This document shows positions 59,106 to 64,000 of a stretch of 64,000 nt of DNA, piece by piece. The stretch is taken from contig OZ220696.1 of the NCBI GenBank assembly GCA_965116495.1, positions 3,616,001 to 3,680,000 on the forward strand, given 5' to 3'. A program made the position numbers and the translations under genes. Position 1 is the first letter of the stretch, and each line of letters opens with the position of its first letter. The notes beneath the pieces are model-generated. The model did not search any database and had not been told where the DNA came from. It worked only from the letters and a program-made list of their open reading frames with translations. Source of the stretch: Gammaproteobacteria bacterium. GTDB taxonomy: Bacteria > Pseudomonadota > Gammaproteobacteria > Eutrophobiales > Eutrophobiaceae.

Positions 59106-59396
59106 ATGGAAAAACAACCTTGTGTATATTTACTGGCCAGCAAGCGTAACGGCACATTATATGTAGGTGTCACCTCGAATTTGCCCAAACGGGTCTGGGA
59201 ACACAAATCAAAATTCGTCAAAGGTTTTACCGAGAAGTACAGAGTGGACAAGCTTGTCTGGTATGAGTTACACGGCACGATGGAATCGGCCATTCAGCGT
59301 GAGAAAAATATCAAGAACTGGAAAAGACGCTGGAAGCTGGAAATAATAGAAGCGATGAATCCGGATTGGAAGGATCTATATGAGGAATTGTTTTGA
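59106..59396 (+). CDS. GIY-YIG nuclease family protein flanked by inverted REPs
   Basis: VYLLASKRNGTLYVGVT..RVWEHK..AIQREKNIKNWKRRWK..NPDWKDL. Confidence 0.92.
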   Translation: MEKQPCVYLLASKRNGTLYVGVTSNLPKRVWEHKSKFVKGFTEKYRVDKLVWYELHGTMESAIQREKNIKNWKRRWKLEIIEAMNPDWKDLYEELF

Positions 59397-59474
59397 CTGG
59401 GTTCCGGCTTTCGCCGGAACGACGGACGGGGCAGGCCGGAACGAGGGACGGCTCGGTATGATGGCGACGGTGTA

Positions 59475-60689
59475 TTACTGGGTCCGGGAAAATACCAGGG
59501 TGGCGTTGGTGCCGCCGAAGCCGAAGCTGTTCGACATCACCGTGTTCAGGCCGGCGTTGTCGATTCGTTCCAGGGCGATGGGCAGGCCGTCTGCTTCGCT
59601 GTCCAGTGTTTGAATGTTGGCGGATTCGCAGATGAAATCTTCTTTGAGCATCAGCAGCGTGAAGATGACCTCATTGACACCCGCGGCGCCCAGGCCGTGA
59701 CCTGACAGGGCTTTGGTAGAGCTGATCTCGGGGATGTTGTCCTTGAATACCGTTTTAATTGCGCTGAGTTCCCCGGTGTCCCCGGCCGGTGTGCTGGTGG
59801 CATGGGCGTTGATGTAGTCGACCGGTTCGTCGACGTTTGCCAGCGCCATCTCCATGCAACGTATTGCGCCTTCGCCGGAAGGCTTGACCATGTCGTAGCC
59901 GTCGGAAGTGGCGCCGTATCCCCGGATCTCCCCATAGATCTTCGCATTCCGGTTCATGGCATGTTCATACTCTTCCAGGACCACTATGCCGCCGCCGCCG
60001 GAGATGACGAACCCGTCCCTGGTGGCGTCGAAAGGCCGGGACGCGGTTGCCGGGCTGTCGTTATAACGGGACGAGAGGGCGCCCATACTGTCGAATAACA
60101 GGGTGCCGGTCCAATGAACCTCATCGCCGCCGCCGGCAAATATGATGTCCTGTTTGCCGGACTGGATAAGCTCGCAGGCATTGCCTATGCAGTGGGCACT
60201 GGTGGCGCAGGCGGATCCGATCGAATAATTAATCCCCTTGATCTTATAGGCAACCGCCAGGCAGGCGCTGCCGGTGCTCGACATGACCCTGGGCACCATG
60301 GTCGGCCCGACTTTCCTGGCGCCCCTGTTGCGCAATATGTCTGCCGCGGCGACCATGTTTTCGGTGGACGTGCCGCCGGTACCGACTATCAGGCCCGTGC
60401 GGTGGTGGGATACCTGCTCTTCATCCAGGTTTGCGTCTGAGATTGCATCCCGCATCGCCAGGTAGGCAAATGCGGCCGCATCGCCCATGAAACGCTTCTG
60501 TTTCCTGTCGATCAGTTCATCCAGGTTGAGATGGATGGGGGCGTGGAGGTGGGACCGGAATCCCAGGTCGGCATATTCCTGCGAAAACTCTACGCCACAT
60601 GTGGCCGACTTCAATGCGCCGAGTACTTCCTGCCGGCTGTTTCCTATACTGGATTTAATGCCCAGGCCGGTAATGACTACACGTTTCAA
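59475..60689 (-). CDS. fabB: beta-ketoacyl-ACP synthase I
   Basis: [29 protein letters not shown]; downstream of fabA. Confidence 0.95.
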   Translation of the reverse strand: MKRVVITGLGIKSSIGNSRQEVLGALKSATCGVEFSQEYADLGFRSHLHAPIHLNLDELIDRKQKRFMGDAAAFAYLAMRDAISDANLDEEQVSHHRTGLIVGTGGTSTENMVAAADILRNRGARKVGPTMVPRVMSSTGSACLAVAYKIKGINYSIGSACATSAHCIGNACELIQSGKQDIIFAGGGDEVHWTGTLLFDSMGALSSRYNDSPATASRPFDATRDGFVISGGGGIVVLEEYEHAMNRNAKIYGEIRGYGATSDGYDMVKPSGEGAIRCMEMALANVDEPVDYINAHATSTPAGDTGELSAIKTVFKDNIPEISSTKALSGHGLGAAGVNEVIFTLLMLKEDFICESANIQTLDSEADGLPIALERIDNAGLNTVMSNSFGFGGTNATLVFSRTQ

Positions 60690-60741
60690 ATTATGCCTCT
60701 CTGAAAAGATTTACTGACGTGGTTGTTGCCCATAAAAAATA

Positions 60742-61251
60742 TCACAGCTGTTGAAATAAGCCCACCCTGAGGTCTTTTGCCGAATAGGTTTCGTTGCCAT
60801 CGACATACATATAGCCGTCTGCGACTCCCATTACCAGGTTGCGCGTCACTACTTTTTTCATATCGATAACGTATTTTACCAGCTTGCAGTCAGGTGTGAC
60901 CTGCCCGGAGAATTTGATTTTGCCTGCTCCCAGCGCTCGTCCGCGACCGGGTGCGCCGGTCCAGCCCAGGTAAAACCCCACCAACTGCCACATCGCGTCA
61001 AGGCCAAGGCAGCCGGGCATAACCGGGTCGCCCTGGAAGTGGCAATCAAAAAACCATAAATGCGGATTAATATCCAGTTCCGCGATGACATACCCCTTGC
61101 CCTTCCTGCCCCCGTTGTCACTGATTTCCGTTATCCGGTCAACCATCAACATGTTGTCCAACGGCAACTGGGCATTGCCTTCTCCGAACAATTCGCCCCG
61201 ACCACAGGCCAACAATTCTTCTTTGGAATACTGACTTTTTCCATTGTGCAT
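60742..61251 (-). CDS. fabA: 3-hydroxydecanoyl-ACP dehydratase/isomerase
   Basis: [25 protein letters not shown]. Confidence 0.97.
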   Translation of the reverse strand: MHNGKSQYSKEELLACGRGELFGEGNAQLPLDNMLMVDRITEISDNGGRKGKGYVIAELDINPHLWFFDCHFQGDPVMPGCLGLDAMWQLVGFYLGWTGAPGRGRALGAGKIKFSGQVTPDCKLVKYVIDMKKVVTRNLVMGVADGYMYVDGNETYSAKDLRVGLFQQL

Positions 61252-61319
61252 AGACCGGACAGTATCTCATGTTTCACGCCAATTTCCTATTACCTCCATT
61301 CCTGCAAAAACATTAATTT

Positions 61320-61420
61320 GGGACAAATATTAATTTGGGACACCCATAAATTAGGAAACATCCTCAATTTGGGACATCCACAAATTAATGTTTTTTTGTA
61401 ATTTATGGATGTCCCAAATT
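61320..61420. repeat. cluster of AATTTGGGACACCCATAAATT-family repeats (representative of >30 copies in the window)
   Basis: Direct and inverted copies; others at about 4668, 5432, 6116, 9539, 10998, 14113, 15616, 17430, 18204, 19811, 44197 and 45055. Confidence 0.85.
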
Positions 61421-61464
61421 GAGGATGTGCTTGACTATTGGTGTGTTGTATTTAGACTTGCGGT

Positions 61465-62673
61465 ATGACTAATAGGCGGCGTAGTGTAGCGGTTAAAATT
61501 GGTCCTGTTGAAGTGGGTGGGGGTGCACCGGTTGTCGTGCAGTCCATGACGAATACGGATACGGCTGATGTCACTGCCACGGTGAAGCAGGTACAGCAAC
61601 TGGCTGCGGCCGGGTCGGAACTGGTGCGTATCACGGTGAATAACGATGATGCGGCGCGCCAGGTGATGCGTATCCGGGAACGGCTGGACGTGCTGGGTTG
61701 CAACGTGCCCTTGATTGGCGATTTCCACTATAACGGCCACCAGTTGCTGACCAGGTACCCGGACTGTGCCGAGGCGCTGGCCAAGTACCGGATCAACCCG
61801 GGCAACGTGGGGTTCGGCAGGAAGCGTGACAGCCAGTTTGCCATCCTGATCGAGAAAGCCATCGAGTACGACAAGCCGATCCGCATCGGCGTGAACTGGG
61901 GTAGCCTGGACCAGGAACTGGCCACCCACATGATGGATAAGAACGCCAGGCTGGCAGAGCCCCTGGACGCCGACAGCGTCATGCAGGAGGCGTTGATCGT
62001 CTCTGCCCTGAACAGCGCGGCGAAGGCGGAGGAGATCGGTCTGCCCAGGGACCGGATCATCCTGTCATGCAAGGTCAGCGGCGTGCAGAAGCTGGTCTCG
62101 GTGTACCGCGACCTGGCCGGGCGTTGTGACTATGCCCTGCACCTCGGCCTGACGGAAGCCGGCATGGGGTCCAAGGGGATTGTTGCCTCCACCGCGGCCC
62201 TCGGCATCCTGCTGCAGGAGGGGATAGGGGATACGATCCGTATTTCCCTGACCCCCGAACCGGGCGGGGACCGGACTACCGAGGTGATCGTTGCCCAGGA
62301 GATCCTGCAGACCATGGGTATGCGCTCATTCACGCCCCTGGTCACTGCCTGCCCCGGTTGCGGCCGCACCACCAGCACCGTTTTCCAAGAACTGGCAGAC
62401 AGTATCCAGGCCTATATCAGGACCCAGATGCCGATCTGGCGTGAGAAATACAAGGGTGTTGAGGAGTTGAACCTGGCGGTGATGGGTTGCGTGGTCAACG
62501 GGCCGGGTGAAAGCAAGCACTCCGACGTCGGTATCAGCCTACCCGGAACCGGTGAAGCGCCGTCTGCGCCGGTCTATGTCGATGGAAAGAAAACAGTGAC
62601 CCTGCGCGGCGACAATATCGCCGGCGAGTTCCAGCGTATTGTGGATGAGTATATTGAAAACCGTTTTGGGTGA
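61465..62673 (+). CDS. ispG: 4-hydroxy-3-methylbut-2-en-1-yl diphosphate synthase
   Basis: [41 protein letters not shown]. Confidence 0.97.
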   Translation: MTNRRRSVAVKIGPVEVGGGAPVVVQSMTNTDTADVTATVKQVQQLAAAGSELVRITVNNDDAARQVMRIRERLDVLGCNVPLIGDFHYNGHQLLTRYPDCAEALAKYRINPGNVGFGRKRDSQFAILIEKAIEYDKPIRIGVNWGSLDQELATHMMDKNARLAEPLDADSVMQEALIVSALNSAAKAEEIGLPRDRIILSCKVSGVQKLVSVYRDLAGRCDYALHLGLTEAGMGSKGIVASTAALGILLQEGIGDTIRISLTPEPGGDRTTEVIVAQEILQTMGMRSFTPLVTACPGCGRTTSTVFQELADSIQAYIRTQMPIWREKYKGVEELNLAVMGCVVNGPGESKHSDVGISLPGTGEAPSAPVYVDGKKTVTLRGDNIAGEFQRIVDEYIENRFG

Positions 62674-62977
62674 GCCGGGATCGGACAACGCTGGTTAGTG
62701 TGGCAAAGTGTCGCCCGGGGGGCGACTTTTTTTGACTGGATTCCCGCGTGCGCGGGAATAACGCATACAGTTACAGACCGGAATTCGGCTACGCACTGGA
62801 TTCCCGCGTGCGCGGGAACGGCGAATGAAATACAAAAGCCCCACCCGCCTCTCGGGACAGGTGAGGCAAATGCATCAGACAGACTGTACGCAAGTATTGA
62901 CCGGATGTTTCGACCTGCCCCGGATTCCCGCGTGCCGCGGGAATGACGAACGGTGCGAAAATCCGGCCCGCCGGATA

Positions 62978-63331
62978 TCAGTCGCCTTTCAAATGATCCA
63001 TAGCTCTCTGAGCGAAAATACTGAGGGCGCCGGCTAACAGCGCTGTGGCTGCTTGGTCGAGGATGGCGTCGAGGTATCCGCCTACCGCGGGGATAAGCGC
63101 CAACACGCCGTCTCCGTCTCCCATCCCCGCGTCCGGCATCGTCGCTGCAGCAGCGACAGCAAGGGTGATTAACAGGTAAACGGCGGGATCGTCAGCATCG
63201 ACCGCCGTCCAGCCGAAGACCAGGCCGAGGACCACGAGAGCCAGGGGAAGCAGGTCCGATGGTACAGCCCCGGGGGCCAGACCCTCGATGATCGCTGCCA
63301 GCAAGATTAATCCAAAGACAATTCTAGTCAT
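62978..63331 (-). CDS. small multi-pass membrane protein, paralog 2
   Basis: Hydrophobic; clear paralog of 63489-63806; SD GGAGG. Confidence 0.75.
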   Translation of the reverse strand: MTRIVFGLILLAAIIEGLAPGAVPSDLLPLALVVLGLVFGWTAVDADDPAVYLLITLAVAAAATMPDAGMGDGDGVLALIPAVGGYLDAILDQAATALLAGALSIFAQRAMDHLKGD

Positions 63332-63488
63332 ATTTTTTCCCTCCTGCGGATATTATGAGAATGGCATTGTAACAACACAAAAGCCTCACCCGTCCCCCAA
63401 GACGGGTGAGACAAATGCCTGAAGCAGACTGAACAATAGCATTAACCGGAATTTTCGATCTGCCAACGAATGCCCGGCCCGATGGGTA

Positions 63489-63806
63489 TCAGCCTTTCAA
63501 CCGATTCATGGTCCTCGCTACGAGTACGCTGATAACACCAGCATAAAGTGCGGCGCTGACCTGAGCAACGATAGCATCAATGTATCCACCTATCGCGGGA
63601 ATGGCGCCCAGTGCACCCCCTGCTGCTCCTACGGCGATAGCGATTGCCAGGAATGCCACAGGATCTTCCGCATCAACCGCAGTCCAGCCATAGGCAAGGC
63701 CAAGAACAGCAATAGCTAATGGAAGCAGGTTTGATGGAACTGCACCGGGAGCAAGACCCTCGATAAGAGCCGCTAAGGTGATCAATCCAACGATGATTCT
63801 AGTCAT
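63489..63806 (-). CDS. small multi-pass membrane protein, paralog 1
   Basis: MTRII.GLI.LAA.IEGLAPGAVPS shared with the neighbouring gene; SD GGAGG. Confidence 0.75.
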   Translation of the reverse strand: MTRIIVGLITLAALIEGLAPGAVPSNLLPLAIAVLGLAYGWTAVDAEDPVAFLAIAIAVGAAGGALGAIPAIGGYIDAIVAQVSAALYAGVISVLVARTMNRLKG

Positions 63807-64000
63807 ACTTTTTCCCTCCTACAGTTATTATTTCGTGAAGGGCTCACCGTCGAGTGGCCACGCCGGTCCTTGACATGGATACCACGGCAAGCCACCAAAC
63901 AAATATAGCACACAAATAGCGTAAAGGGTCAATAATTATCGGGCTGGCGGCACTATTTTTTCCCGCACCGGGTTTCCCCGGCCGGAACCATCGAGCGGGG

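Overview
A GC-rich gammaproteobacterial chromosome segment (assignment inferred from lptD, rsx, mltF and fabA-fabB). Housekeeping genes sit at both ends: lptD (partial), dcd, apbC/mrp, metG, rsxABCDG, cysG, msrB, mltF and egtD on the left; fabB, fabA and ispG on the right. Between them lies a ~43 kb accessory region (about 15.9-59.4 kb). It holds four tandem PD-(D/E)XK paralogs, four large RTX Ca-binding protein genes with a type I secretion system, a Cre-like tyrosine recombinase, a glycosyltransferase cluster, decayed toxin-antitoxin genes, about 12 small coiled-coil genes with variable repeat number, and two dispersed palindromic repeat families. The most striking feature is three copies of a ~101-nt tRNA-like element with a tRNA-Leu body and an extra-long variable arm but Asp (GUC) or Gly (GCC) anticodons. 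Each copy has the same convergent layout: a CRP-type box plus a -10 element on the sense side, and a consensus sigma70 promoter with an intrinsic terminator that would make a full-length antisense RNA. This suggests, by inference, a conditional mistranslating or decoy tRNA held in check by an antisense RNA. In addition, RTX genes 1-3 are mosaics of each other, share 5' leaders complementary to their 3' trailers, and only gene 1 has evident promoters, which suggests cassette-type surface variation. All motif calls and coordinates were read by eye.
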